This document shows, piece after piece, positions 40,008 to 49,685 of a DNA stretch of 64,000 bases. Within the stretch, counting starts at the first letter, position 1, and every line of letters starts with the position of its first letter. The DNA lies in contig DASTUP010000187.1 in NCBI GenBank assembly GCA_035759585.1, forward strand, positions 36,157 to 100,156. Reading direction: 5' to 3'. The DNA comes from Gemmatimonadales bacterium. Its GTDB lineage: Bacteria; Gemmatimonadota; Gemmatimonadetes; Gemmatimonadales; GWC2-71-9. Below the pieces are notes generated by a model. That model made no database searches and was not told the DNA's origin. It worked only from the letters and a program-made list of their open reading frames with translations. The translations under genes and the position numbers were made by a program.

Positions 40008-42659
40008 TCAACGGGCGGCCGGGCGCCCCGAAAAGGCGATCCGAACGGTCACGATCCCCCGGGGGCCGGCGGTAAACGGGATCACCCCATCCTGCCCGAT
40101 TTCCAGTTCTTCACCGCCCTCTTCATCTGCGCGTGTGAGCCAGGCTCGTTCCGGCGGCGGCGCGACCCTCCACGCACCGTCCACCGATTCCTCGGAAGCG
40201 TTCCAGCACCGGAGCACGATCCCCGCACCGTCCTCCGCCGGCTTCACTGCGGACAGGATCAGCTCCCTTCCCTCCAGCTCGAGCGAGACCGGCGGCGCAC
40301 GCAGGGGCCCCGCATCACGTATCCATCGGGCAGATAGCGGGAGGAACGCAGACTCCCAGAGCTCGTGAAGCTGGCCGGGTGTCGCACCAGCGGAGAGAAC
40401 CGGTACGAGGGCGAGCGTGACGCGGTCTCTGCCGAGGCATTGGGCCTCGGGGGTTGCAACGGGCCATCCGGCGTGACCCGGACGGGTCGGGAGGTCGTTG
40501 CGGGAGAGCTGGCCCGTCGAGCGGAGCAGGGTCAGCAGGAGATCGCCGTCCGCCTGCCACTCGTACTCGCAGTGGCCCGGCACGAGCAGCGCGAGTCCCG
40601 CTGCGGGGCCCGCCGCGGCGACGTAGCGGTGCGCAGGGGCGGTCGGGACCGAAGCCTCCGCGGGTGCTTGCAGGCCTGGAGCGCCCGCCGGCCGCAGCTC
40701 TGCCCCGAACGCTGCGCCGGCGATGCTCGGGAGGTTCCGGAGGCCGAGCGGGAATCGCGCGCGAAGGCGGCGGTCGGTGCCGCGATTGTCGATCTCGAGC
40801 GAGAGCCGCACGATCGGCTCGCCGGACCGGAGCTCGACGTGCAGCCGAAACGCAGCGTCGAGATCCTGCCACCGAGCTTCGAGGATCCCGACGAAGGGAC
40901 CGGCGGCCACCATCCGGCTCGACGCTCGCGCGCGGGCGGTCGTGACCTCGCCGGAGCCGGGCGCGAAGGAGTAGGTGTCACCGCGATCAGGCTCTGACTC
41001 GATGGTGAGGAGGCGTGTCAGGCGCGATCCCGTGCGGAGATCGCGAAGTGCGACCGTGCCGTCGGCAGCGAGGTCGACCTCGAGCACGCCGTTGGACAGC
41101 CGCCTTCCCGCTGCCACGACCTTGCCCACCGGAGTGCCCGGCATCCCGCTTTTCACCGGGGCCAGGTGCGCGAACGACATGCCGGCCATCGCCGGGAGCT
41201 CGAACGCGATGCGGACGGCGTCGACTTCATCCATGTCCGGATAGTGCCGCCATGCATCGCGCCGCTCGAGCGCGCGGCGCTCTTCGATCACCTGCACGGG
41301 TATCATCGACCCGGAGCCGGTCCGCAGGGCAAATGGCTGAAATCCCTTCCCCGAGCGCGCCAGCCGCGCGCCGGGCGGCCCGACGAGGATGTCCCGCCTG
41401 AAGAACGTCGCATCCGCGACCACGACCCCGCTGCGGGTCCGGACCGCGGGGTTCCAGACGAGGAGCGAGGATGAATCGCGCGACGACCGCGCTGCGTCGG
41501 GGTCGTGACCACTGAGCTCGTCGAGCGACGCGCGAACGATTTCCCGTGCAATCACCGCCGCATCGCCAAGCCGGCCGTGCGTCTCCACCGCAACCCGGTC
41601 GTGAGAACATCCCGCAAGAGCGTCGTGAAAGTGCGACTGCACGACGGAACGCCACGCCTCGAGGAGCAGAGGCCGCCGGTCGCGCCCGCCCTGCCCTGCG
41701 GCCAGTGCCGCGAGCGGCTCCGCCCACCGCTCGAGCAGCAGCTCGACGCGCGAGTTGAGGCGCTTGAGCGGAAGCCGGGTGCCATGGACGCCCTGGAGCG
41801 TCCAGGTATATCCGTACGAAGCGCGCAGCTCGCCGCGGATCCGGCGGACTTCCGGCCGAGCCTCCTCCACGGCCGAGAAAAACTCCTCGAGCGAGGAGAT
41901 CCGGACTTCGTGCCCGGGCTCGAGCTCCGCGATGAGCTCACGAAGGGCGGCCGGCGCCTCGTGCGCAGCGTGGTGGTCCGCACCGACGAATACGGCGACA
42001 TGGCTCGTGCCTGCCCTCGACACGAGCACTTCGCGCACGGCGGGCCACGCTTCCCGCAGGCTCTCGAGGTTCGCGGGGAGCGCCGCGCCGATCTCGTAGC
42101 CGTCGCGCGGAAGGTGGTAGAGCAGCACTTCGCTTCCGTCGGCGGCGGCCCAACGGAAGAGATCTACGTCATCCCGTTCGGGTGCGAGCCCGCGCCAGAG
42201 CACGCCGAAGCGGATGCCGAACTGCGCCGCCAGCGCCGGCCACGCGGCAGGGTGCCCGAAGGCGTCGGGGGAATACAGCACGTCGTGCCGGCGCCCCATG
42301 CGGCGGGCCCCTGCGGCGCCGATGAGAAGGTTGCGGACGAGGGATTCGGCAGAGGGAATCAGCTCATCGGCGAGGACGTACCAGGGCCCCGTGGCGATGC
42401 GACCCTCTGCAACGAGCGCGCGCACCCGGGCCGCCTGCTCGGAGCGGATACGCAGGTAATCCTCGAGCAGGACCGTCTGCCCGTCGAGGAAAAAGCTGCG
42501 GAACGCAGCGTCCTGCTCGAGTGCCTCGACGAGCTGGTCCACGACCGGCACGAGCCGCGCGGTCAGCGACGCGCGCGGCAGGTACCATTCGCGATCCCAG
42601 TGCGTGTGAAAGACGAGGTGGAAGGAGTAACGCGTGAGGTGCTTCGCGATCCGAGCCAC
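40008..42659 (-). CDS. Glycoside hydrolase family 38 alpha-mannosidase-like
   Basis: 883 aa from GTG 42659 (VARIAKHLTRYSFHLVFHTHWDREWYLP). Contains GPWYVLADE and YSPDAFGH. Its stop is directly back-to-back with the dppC-like stop (TGATCA at 40005..40010). Confidence 0.85.
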   Translation of the reverse strand: MARIAKHLTRYSFHLVFHTHWDREWYLPRASLTARLVPVVDQLVEALEQDAAFRSFFLDGQTVLLEDYLRIRSEQAARVRALVAEGRIATGPWYVLADELIPSAESLVRNLLIGAAGARRMGRRHDVLYSPDAFGHPAAWPALAAQFGIRFGVLWRGLAPERDDVDLFRWAAADGSEVLLYHLPRDGYEIGAALPANLESLREAWPAVREVLVSRAGTSHVAVFVGADHHAAHEAPAALRELIAELEPGHEVRISSLEEFFSAVEEARPEVRRIRGELRASYGYTWTLQGVHGTRLPLKRLNSRVELLLERWAEPLAALAAGQGGRDRRPLLLEAWRSVVQSHFHDALAGCSHDRVAVETHGRLGDAAVIAREIVRASLDELSGHDPDAARSSRDSSSLLVWNPAVRTRSGVVVADATFFRRDILVGPPGARLARSGKGFQPFALRTGSGSMIPVQVIEERRALERRDAWRHYPDMDEVDAVRIAFELPAMAGMSFAHLAPVKSGMPGTPVGKVVAAGRRLSNGVLEVDLAADGTVALRDLRTGSRLTRLLTIESEPDRGDTYSFAPGSGEVTTARARASSRMVAAGPFVGILEARWQDLDAAFRLHVELRSGEPIVRLSLEIDNRGTDRRLRARFPLGLRNLPSIAGAAFGAELRPAGAPGLQAPAEASVPTAPAHRYVAAAGPAAGLALLVPGHCEYEWQADGDLLLTLLRSTGQLSRNDLPTRPGHAGWPVATPEAQCLGRDRVTLALVPVLSAGATPGQLHELWESAFLPLSARWIRDAGPLRAPPVSLELEGRELILSAVKPAEDGAGIVLRCWNASEESVDGAWRVAPPPERAWLTRADEEGGEELEIGQDGVIPFTAGPRGIVTVRIAFSGRPAAR

Positions 42660-42670
42660 GGCCGCCCGAT

Positions 42671-43282
42671 CTAGCCTTCGACCTTGAACTGGACCTCGGC
42701 GCCGTCGGGCAGGTCGTGAATCTGCCGGGCGATGGTCGCCAGGAACTCCCGCCGCTCGAACGTGCCGATCGCGGTGAGCGTCACCCCATGGTCCGATTGT
42801 GAGACGCAGAACGGCGGATACGCCATCAGCAGCTGCCCCGGCTCGAGCTCCTGGCCTGCATCGAGGAACGCCATGACGGGCTCGAGCGCGAGCACCTCGG
42901 TGGCCCGCTCGAGAATATCGGCGATGAAGGCCTCGAGCGTCGGCGCCTTCCGTTCCATCTCGCCGGTTTCGGCCCAGAGGTGCCACACTTCCTCACCCCG
43001 CAGCACGAACTGGTCGCCGAGCCCATCCTCCGCAAAGGGCACGTCGGACTCCAGCACCTCCGCGTAGAGCACGTGAAAGGCGTCCGGCCCCTCCCACGCG
43101 GCGCGGAGACTGTGCCACCGGGGCTCGCGGCACGCGCCGCGAACGTGGAGTCCGCCGCGGTACGCGACGCAGCCGTTCCGCGCACGGAGCGCGCTCCGCA
43201 ACGGCTCCGGCACGCGCTCGAGGATCTCCTCGTCGTCGATCGAGGGGCCCGACCAGATGAGGTGCGGCAGATCGAGGTGCAT
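42671..43282 (-). CDS. SMI1/KNR4 (SUKH)-like protein
   Basis: 203 aa. Contains VPFAEDGLGDQFVLRGEEVWHLWAETGE, reminiscent of SUKH-superfamily proteins. Sits 22 nt after the acnA stop and 11 nt before the GH38 start. Confidence 0.5.
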   Translation of the reverse strand: MHLDLPHLIWSGPSIDDEEILERVPEPLRSALRARNGCVAYRGGLHVRGACREPRWHSLRAAWEGPDAFHVLYAEVLESDVPFAEDGLGDQFVLRGEEVWHLWAETGEMERKAPTLEAFIADILERATEVLALEPVMAFLDAGQELEPGQLLMAYPPFCVSQSDHGVTLTAIGTFERREFLATIARQIHDLPDGAEVQFKVEG

Positions 43283-43304
43283 TGGGCGTTCCCGTTCGGT
43301 GGAC

Positions 43305-46202
43305 CTAGTAGGCGGGTGGATCGCTCGCCGGGAAGGACTCGACGGAGCTCTCCGTCACCTTCCTGTCGTTGGTCACGGCGTGCGGCTGCCCGACCGACAT
43401 GCCGCCCGAGATCGCATCGGCCTTCTCGCGCCCGTGAAGGAGCTGGCGCAGGACGTACTGCAGGATGCCGCCATGGCGGTAATAGAGCACTTCCTGGGGC
43501 GTGTCGATGCGGATCATGGCCTCGAACGTGATCTCGCTTCCCTTCCCGCCGCGCGCGACGACGCGCACGGTTCGCCCGCCTCGGAATCCGCCTTCGATCG
43601 CTGCGGCAGCGCCGACGATGTCGAAGACTTCGTGTCCGGTGAGGCCGAGCGTGGCCGCCGACTCTCCGGCGGCAAACTGGAGCGGCAGAATTCCCATGCC
43701 GACGAGGTTCGAGCGATGAATCCGCTCGTAGCTCTCCGCGACCACCGCCCGCACTCCCTGCAGGTACGGCCCCTTGGCCGCCCAGTCCCGGCTCGACCCG
43801 GAGCCGTATTCCTTGCCGGCGAGGATCACGAGCGGGGTGCCGTCCTTCTCGTACCGCACGGCCGCGTCGAACACGCTGAGGACGTCGCCGGTCGGGAAAT
43901 AGGTCGTGAAGCCGCCTTCGGTGCCCGGCGCGAGCTGGTTGCGGATGCGCACGTTCGCAAAGGTGCCGCGGACCATCACCTCGTGATTTCCGCGGCGCGA
44001 TCCGTAGGAGTTGAACTGCTTCGGCTCGACGCCGTGCTCCACCAGGTAATCGCCCGCGGGCGACTTGCGGCGGATGCTGCCCGCCGGCGAGATGTGATCG
44101 GTCGTGATCGAATCGCCGAGCATGAGGAGGGCGCGGGCACCGGTGATCTCGGAGACGTGCGCCGGCGGATGCTCCGGCATCCCCTCGAAGTAGGTCGGCT
44201 GCCGGACGTAGGTGGAGGATGCTTCCCAGGTGAAATGATCGCCCTCGGGTACCGGCATCGAGTTCCAGCGTTCGTCTCCGGCGAATACCTCGGCGTACGT
44301 CTCCTTGAACATCTCGGAGCGGACCGCCTGCCGCATGACATCGTCGACTTCCGACCGGGTCGGCCAGATATCGCGGAGGAATACCGGCTTGCCGAGGCGG
44401 TCCTCGCCGAGCGGCTCCTTGAGGAGATCGAGGTCGATCCGCCCCGCGAGCGCGTACGCGACGACGAGCGGCGGCGACATGAGGTAGTTCGCGCGCACGT
44501 CCGAATTGATGCGGCCTTCGAAGTTGCGGTTGCCGGAGAGCACCGAGACCGCGACCAGATCGCGCCGCTGGATCTGCTCGGCGATGTTCTCGGGAAGCGG
44601 CCCCGAGTTGCCGATGCAGGTGGTGCACCCGTAGCCCACGGTCTGGAAGCCGAGCTGGTCGAGGTACGTCCCGAGCCCCGACTTTTCGTAATAGCGGGTC
44701 ACCACCTTCGATCCGGGGGCGAGGCTCGTCTTGACCCACGGCTTGCTCTCGAGCCCGAGCTCGACGGCCTTCTTCGCGACGAGACCCGCCGCGAGCATGA
44801 CGGCCGGATTGGAAGTGTTCGTGCAGCTCGTGATCGCGGCGATGACGATCGAGCCATGATCGATCTCCGCCTCTGCGGCCGGGGCGGCCGCCGGGGACTC
44901 CTTCGATCCTTCTCCCCAGACTCCGGCGACACCCGGCGTCGTGGCGCGCCCGACCGTCGCATCCTTCGGCGTCTGCGCCTGCGTCCGCGCCGGCAGCAAC
45001 ATCGGCAGTGCCTTCTCGAACGAGGACTTCACGTCGGCCAGGCGCACGCGGTCCTGCGGCCGCCTCGGCCCCGCGATGCTCGGCTCGACCGTTCCGAGGT
45101 CGAGCTCGACCGTGTCGGTGAATTCGGGCTCGGGCGACGCGGCGGTATGGAAGAGGCCCTGCTCCTTCATGTACGCCTCGACGAGCGCCACGCGCTCCGG
45201 CGGACGACCGGTGAAGCGCAGGTAGTCGAGCGTCACCTGGTCCACCGGAAAGATCGCACACGTCGCACCGTACTCGGGTGACATGTTGCCGATGGTCGCG
45301 CGGTCCGCCAGCGGCAGGTTCGAGAGGCCCGGGCCGTAGAACTCGACGAACTTCCCGACCACGCCCTTCTTCCGGAGCAGCTCGGTGACGGTGAGCACGA
45401 GGTCCGTTGCCGTCGTGCCCTCGCGCAGCTCGCCCGAGAGGCGGAAGCCGATCACTTCGGGCACGAGCATGCTGACCGGCTGCCCGAGCATCGCCGCCTC
45501 CGCCTCGATGCCGCCGACGCCCCAGCCGAGGACGCCAAGGCCGTTCACCATCGGCGTGTGCGAATCGGTCCCGACCACGGTGTCGGGATACGCCTGGACG
45601 ACGCCACCCGACTGCGGATTCTCGTCGGAGGTGAAGACGACGCGCGCGAGGTATTCGAGATTGACCTGGTGGACGATCCCGGTATTCGGCGGGACGACGC
45701 GGAAGTTGTCGAACGCGCGCTGGCCCCAGCGGAGGAAGGCGTAGCGCTCGCGGTTCCTACTGTAGTCGAGCTCCTCGTTCAGCGCGAACGCCTCCCGCGA
45801 GCCGAACGCATCCACCTGGACGGAGTGGTCCACCACGAGCTCGACCGGCTGGAGCGGATTGATGCGCCGCGGATCGCCGCCGAGGGCGGCCATGGCATCG
45901 CGCATGGCGGCGAGGTCCACCACGGCCGGGACGCCCGTGAAGTCCTGCAGCAGCACGCGCGCCGGCGCGAACGCGATCTCCCGCTCGCTCGCCGCGCCGG
46001 GTCGCCAGCGCGCCAGCGATTCGATGTCGTCCCGCGTGACGATGACTCCGTCTTCCCGGCGGAGGAGGTTCTCCAGAAGGATCCGCAGCGAGTAGGGAAG
46101 CCGGCTCACGTCCATCCCCTGCTCCCCCAGCGCGGGGAGCCGATGGATCTCGCAGGTCCGCCCGCCGACGGTCAATCCGGCACGTGTCCCAAAGCTGTTC
46201 AT
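43305..46202 (-). CDS. acnA: Aconitate hydratase A with ~44-aa C-terminal extension
   Basis: 965 aa. Contains [45 protein letters not shown] and [10 protein letters not shown]. The canonical end [12 protein letters not shown] is followed by an extra tail that ends [12 protein letters not shown]. Confidence 0.95.
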   Translation of the reverse strand: MNSFGTRAGLTVGGRTCEIHRLPALGEQGMDVSRLPYSLRILLENLLRREDGVIVTRDDIESLARWRPGAASEREIAFAPARVLLQDFTGVPAVVDLAAMRDAMAALGGDPRRINPLQPVELVVDHSVQVDAFGSREAFALNEELDYSRNRERYAFLRWGQRAFDNFRVVPPNTGIVHQVNLEYLARVVFTSDENPQSGGVVQAYPDTVVGTDSHTPMVNGLGVLGWGVGGIEAEAAMLGQPVSMLVPEVIGFRLSGELREGTTATDLVLTVTELLRKKGVVGKFVEFYGPGLSNLPLADRATIGNMSPEYGATCAIFPVDQVTLDYLRFTGRPPERVALVEAYMKEQGLFHTAASPEPEFTDTVELDLGTVEPSIAGPRRPQDRVRLADVKSSFEKALPMLLPARTQAQTPKDATVGRATTPGVAGVWGEGSKESPAAAPAAEAEIDHGSIVIAAITSCTNTSNPAVMLAAGLVAKKAVELGLESKPWVKTSLAPGSKVVTRYYEKSGLGTYLDQLGFQTVGYGCTTCIGNSGPLPENIAEQIQRRDLVAVSVLSGNRNFEGRINSDVRANYLMSPPLVVAYALAGRIDLDLLKEPLGEDRLGKPVFLRDIWPTRSEVDDVMRQAVRSEMFKETYAEVFAGDERWNSMPVPEGDHFTWEASSTYVRQPTYFEGMPEHPPAHVSEITGARALLMLGDSITTDHISPAGSIRRKSPAGDYLVEHGVEPKQFNSYGSRRGNHEVMVRGTFANVRIRNQLAPGTEGGFTTYFPTGDVLSVFDAAVRYEKDGTPLVILAGKEYGSGSSRDWAAKGPYLQGVRAVVAESYERIHRSNLVGMGILPLQFAAGESAATLGLTGHEVFDIVGAAAAIEGGFRGGRTVRVVARGGKGSEITFEAMIRIDTPQEVLYYRHGGILQYVLRQLLHGREKADAISGGMSVGQPHAVTNDRKVTESSVESFPASDPPAY

Positions 46203-46334
46203 TGCCCTCGTCTCCGGTCCCGGTGTTTACATTCGCAGCCGAAATGCCTACCGTACGTCAGTCCGCAACAACGTATTATAGGTGGTGAGGCGCGGCTGGC
46301 GCGGCTCGTGGGCTCCGTCTGCCTGGAGTAATAC

Positions 46335-47390
46335 ATGACATTTCCCGTCTCGGATCCGGTCCCGGAAGGGTCCGCCCGGTGTCTGGTCGTCGACGACGAG
46401 CCAGGCGTCAGACGCGCCCTGACCCGGCTCTTCCGGCAACAGGGCTTCGCCTGCCTCGAGGCAGCCACCGGGCGGGAAGCGCTCGATCTTCTCAGTGAGC
46501 TGGGCGAAGTCCCGCTCATCGTCTCGGACATGCGCATGCCCGAGCTCGATGGCATGGGACTCCTGCAGGAGGTCCGGCGACTGCATCCCGATACCGCCGT
46601 GATTCTCCTGAGCGGGGCCACCGACACCGCAACCGCCGTCGAGTGCCTCCACCGCGGCGCCGCGGATTTCCTCGTCAAACCGGTTTCGCTGGATGAGCTT
46701 CAGGCGCGCGTCATTCGCGCGCTGGAGAAACGGGCCCTCGTCGCGCAGAACCGCTTCTACCAGGCGAACCTGGAGCGGCGGGTCCACGAACAGGCGGAGC
46801 GGATTCAGGAGCTCTTTCTCCAGGGCGTGCAGATGCTCGCCCGCGCGCTCGAGGCCAAGGATGCGTACACGCGGGGCCACTCGATCCGGGTGAGCCAGTA
46901 CGCCGTGGCGACGGCACGCCAGCTCGGATTCGATCCGGCCGCCGTGGACCAGATCCGGCTCGGAGGCGAGCTCCACGACATCGGGAAGATCGGCACCCGC
47001 GAGGCGGTGCTGCACAAGCCGGGATCGCTGACCGAAGACGAGTTCGGCCAGATCCGCGAGCACCCCGCCCTTGGCGAGCAGATGCTCTCACCGCTCGCGC
47101 ACGAATCGCCTTCGGTCCTTCGCTGCGTGCGCTCGCATCATGAGCGGATCGACGGCCTCGGATTTCCGGACGGGCTCGAGGGCGATGCGATCCCGATCGA
47201 GGCGCGCATCATCGCCGTGGCCGATACCTTCGATGCGATGACGACTCGGCGTCCCTACCGCGCGCCCTGGTCGCCCGAGGATGCGCTCACCGAGCTGCAG
47301 CGCGTGTCGGGCACCCAGCTCGATTGCGCCTGCGTCAACGCGTTCGCGGCCGCCTACCCGGAGTGCGTCGGACTCGTGCCCGCGGTCTGA
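46335..47390 (+). CDS. Response regulator with HD-GYP-type phosphodiesterase domain (GYP replaced by GFP)
   Basis: 351 aa. Receiver CLVVDDEPGVR...LIVSDMRMPELDG. HD domain GGELHDIGKIG...HHERIDGLGFPDGL. Confidence 0.85.
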   Translation: MTFPVSDPVPEGSARCLVVDDEPGVRRALTRLFRQQGFACLEAATGREALDLLSELGEVPLIVSDMRMPELDGMGLLQEVRRLHPDTAVILLSGATDTATAVECLHRGAADFLVKPVSLDELQARVIRALEKRALVAQNRFYQANLERRVHEQAERIQELFLQGVQMLARALEAKDAYTRGHSIRVSQYAVATARQLGFDPAAVDQIRLGGELHDIGKIGTREAVLHKPGSLTEDEFGQIREHPALGEQMLSPLAHESPSVLRCVRSHHERIDGLGFPDGLEGDAIPIEARIIAVADTFDAMTTRRPYRAPWSPEDALTELQRVSGTQLDCACVNAFAAAYPECVGLVPAV

Positions 47391-47394
47391 CCGG

Positions 47395-48705
47395 TCAGAG
47401 CAGTCCCCGCCGTTTCAGCTGATGGTACCCCTGCACCACCGCCTCCCCGGCAGCGCCGGGGGGAACGTCCAGCACCGTCACGCCCTGCCTTCGCATGACC
47501 GCGAGCGCATCGTCCCGTGCGAGCATCAGTTCTTCCGCGGCCGCCCGCTCGAATGCGGCGAGCTCCGTCCCGGGACGCGCCGTTGCGATGCGCTCGAGCG
47601 CGGGATCGCGCAGCGTCACCGCCACCGGAAGGTGCCGCGGCCTGAGTGATGCGGTCTGCGCGACGAGTGCCGCGCTGGCGGAGCGATCGATCACGTCCGT
47701 GAACAGAACGGTGAGCGCGCGCTTGCGGCTTCGCGCGGCAAGGTACCGGAAGGCGGATGGATAGTCGCTTTCGACGAGCCGTCCATCGACTGCCGCCAGT
47801 GCCGCGAGCACGGCGCGAAGCCCGCGCCGTCCGCGGGCGGGAGGCGCGAAGGCCTGGATCGTATCGGCGAACACCAGGATCCCGACGTCGTCGTCGTGCG
47901 CGACCGCGGCATGCGCAAGGCGGAGCGCCGCCTCGATGGCCGCCTCGATTCGCGGCACCCCATCCGACTCGGCGGTGAGAAGGCGCCCGGCATCGAGGAT
48001 CAGGAGCACCTGCTGCCGCCGCTCGTCTTCGTAGACGCGCGCGATGGGCTTTCCGCGCCGCGCCGTCGCTTTCCAGTCGATGATGCGCGTGTCCTCCCCC
48101 GGGATCCACTCGCGCAGGCTCTCGAACAGCCGTCCCTCGCCCGGGCGGCGGATCGTGCGAAGGCCGGCCTCGCGGCGGCGGGCCATCCGGTTCGGGAGTG
48201 CCCGCAGCGCGACCCCGGCGAGCTTCGGAAAGACCGTCGCCTCCCATGGGGCTTCGATGCGCAGCTGCCGCCAGGCGAGCCCCCAGGGGCCGAGTCGCCG
48301 CACCGCGATTCGCCCGCCTGCCCCGGTGCCTCTCCGCAGCGGCATCACATCGTAGCGCTCGTGATTGACACCCGGAATGAGCCGGAGCGCGCGTGCAGGA
48401 AGGTCCGCCCCACCCAGCGGTGGCGGGAAATGCTCGCGGACGAGAATGCGCTGCGGCCGCGACCCGCCGAGCACCCAGCGATACGAGACCGCCAGCGCGC
48501 GACCGACCGAGAACGCCGGTGGCGGATCGCGCGTCACCGCGAGCGTTGCGTGGCCCGCTCGGGCGGCGTCCCGGAAAAAAAGTGTGGCCCAGACGAGACA
48601 GGCGCCGAGATGGATCGCGACGGCGTCCGGCCAGAGCAGTGCGAGCGGGGCGAGCGCCGCGAGCGCGGCGGCGCCGGCGAGCCACCGCCGGGTTGGCAGG
48701 ATCAC
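47395..48705 (-). CDS. DUF58 (vWA-like) protein
   Basis: 436 aa, GTG start overlapping the moxR stop (GTGA). Contains REWIPGEDTRIIDWKATARRGKPIARVYEDERRQ and LILDAGR. Two N-terminal TM segments. Confidence 0.85.
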   Translation of the reverse strand: MILPTRRWLAGAAALAALAPLALLWPDAVAIHLGACLVWATLFFRDAARAGHATLAVTRDPPPAFSVGRALAVSYRWVLGGSRPQRILVREHFPPPLGGADLPARALRLIPGVNHERYDVMPLRRGTGAGGRIAVRRLGPWGLAWRQLRIEAPWEATVFPKLAGVALRALPNRMARRREAGLRTIRRPGEGRLFESLREWIPGEDTRIIDWKATARRGKPIARVYEDERRQQVLLILDAGRLLTAESDGVPRIEAAIEAALRLAHAAVAHDDDVGILVFADTIQAFAPPARGRRGLRAVLAALAAVDGRLVESDYPSAFRYLAARSRKRALTVLFTDVIDRSASAALVAQTASLRPRHLPVAVTLRDPALERIATARPGTELAAFERAAAEELMLARDDALAVMRRQGVTVLDVPPGAAGEAVVQGYHQLKRRGLL

Positions 48706-49685
48706 GAGCGAGGGATCTCCACGCGCTCGATCATCGCCGCCAGTGCGGCATCCGCGGAAACCCCTTCGAGCTCGAGCTCGGGTGCGACGACCACGCGGTG
48801 ACGGAGCACCGCCGGGGCGAGCGACTTCACATCGTCCGGCGTCACGAACGTACGGCCTTCGAGCAGCGCCGTGGCCTGGGCGACCTTGAGCAGCGCCACC
48901 GTCGCGCGCGGCGAGGCGCCGAGGGTGAGGGCGGGTGCCGAACGCGTGGCCCGAACCAGCGACGTGATGTACGCCGTGAGGGTGGGCTCCACCCGCACCC
49001 TGCGCGCCGCGCGCCGCAACGTGGCGAGGCCCGCGGCATCGAGCGTTCGGGAGACGCCGAAGCTCCGCGGCTCGTCCGCTTCGAAGCCGCCAAGCACCCG
49101 CGTGAGGATGCCCTGTTCGACGTCCTCCGCGGGGTAGCCGAGTGCGACTTTCACCAGAAACCGGTCGAGCTCCGCTTCGGGAAGCGGGTACGTTCCTTCG
49201 AACTCGATCGGGTTCTGCGTCGCAAAGACGGTGAACGCGTCGGGCAGGGCGTGCGAGGTCCCGTCCACCGTGACGCTCCGTTCCTGCATCGCCTCGAGCA
49301 GCGCCGCCTGGGTCTTGGCGGGCGCGCGATTGATCTCGTCGGCCAGCACGAGGTCGCCGAAGATGGGCCCCGGGCGGAAGGTGAATTCCGGCTGCGCACC
49401 GAGGAGGTTCACGCCGGTCACGTCGGAAGGCATCAGGTCCGGCGTAAACTGGATCCGGCGGAAGGTCAGGCCGAGCACCTGCGCGAGCGTGCGCACGAGC
49501 AGCGTCTTTGCGGTGCCGGGCACACCCTCGAGGAGGATGTGCCCGCGCGCCACCAGCGCGGCGAACGCCTCACGGATCGCCGCAGGCTGGCCGAGCACGA
49601 CGCTTTCGAGCTGTGCGAGCACTGCGGCCCCGGATGCAGCCGCGGCTTCCGCTTCCTCGTTCGTTACGGCTTCAGGTCCTGCCAC
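48702..49685 (-). CDS. MoxR-family AAA+ ATPase
   Basis: 327 aa from GTG 49685. Contains HILLEGVPGTAKT (Walker A), LVLADEINRAPAKTQ (Walker B) and VFATQNP. Confidence 0.9.
   Translation of the reverse strand: MAGPEAVTNEEAEAAAASGAAVLAQLESVVLGQPAAIREAFAALVARGHILLEGVPGTAKTLLVRTLAQVLGLTFRRIQFTPDLMPSDVTGVNLLGAQPEFTFRPGPIFGDLVLADEINRAPAKTQAALLEAMQERSVTVDGTSHALPDAFTVFATQNPIEFEGTYPLPEAELDRFLVKVALGYPAEDVEQGILTRVLGGFEADEPRSFGVSRTLDAAGLATLRRAARRVRVEPTLTAYITSLVRATRSAPALTLGASPRATVALLKVAQATALLEGRTFVTPDDVKSLAPAVLRHRVVVAPELELEGVSADAALAAMIERVEIPRS

Noticed and set aside
42826-45281. 811-aa minus-strand and 674-aa plus-strand ORFs overlapping acnA
   Set aside because: Both overlap the aconitase reading frame, which carries all canonical aconitase motifs. 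Their translations are low-complexity and Arg-rich.
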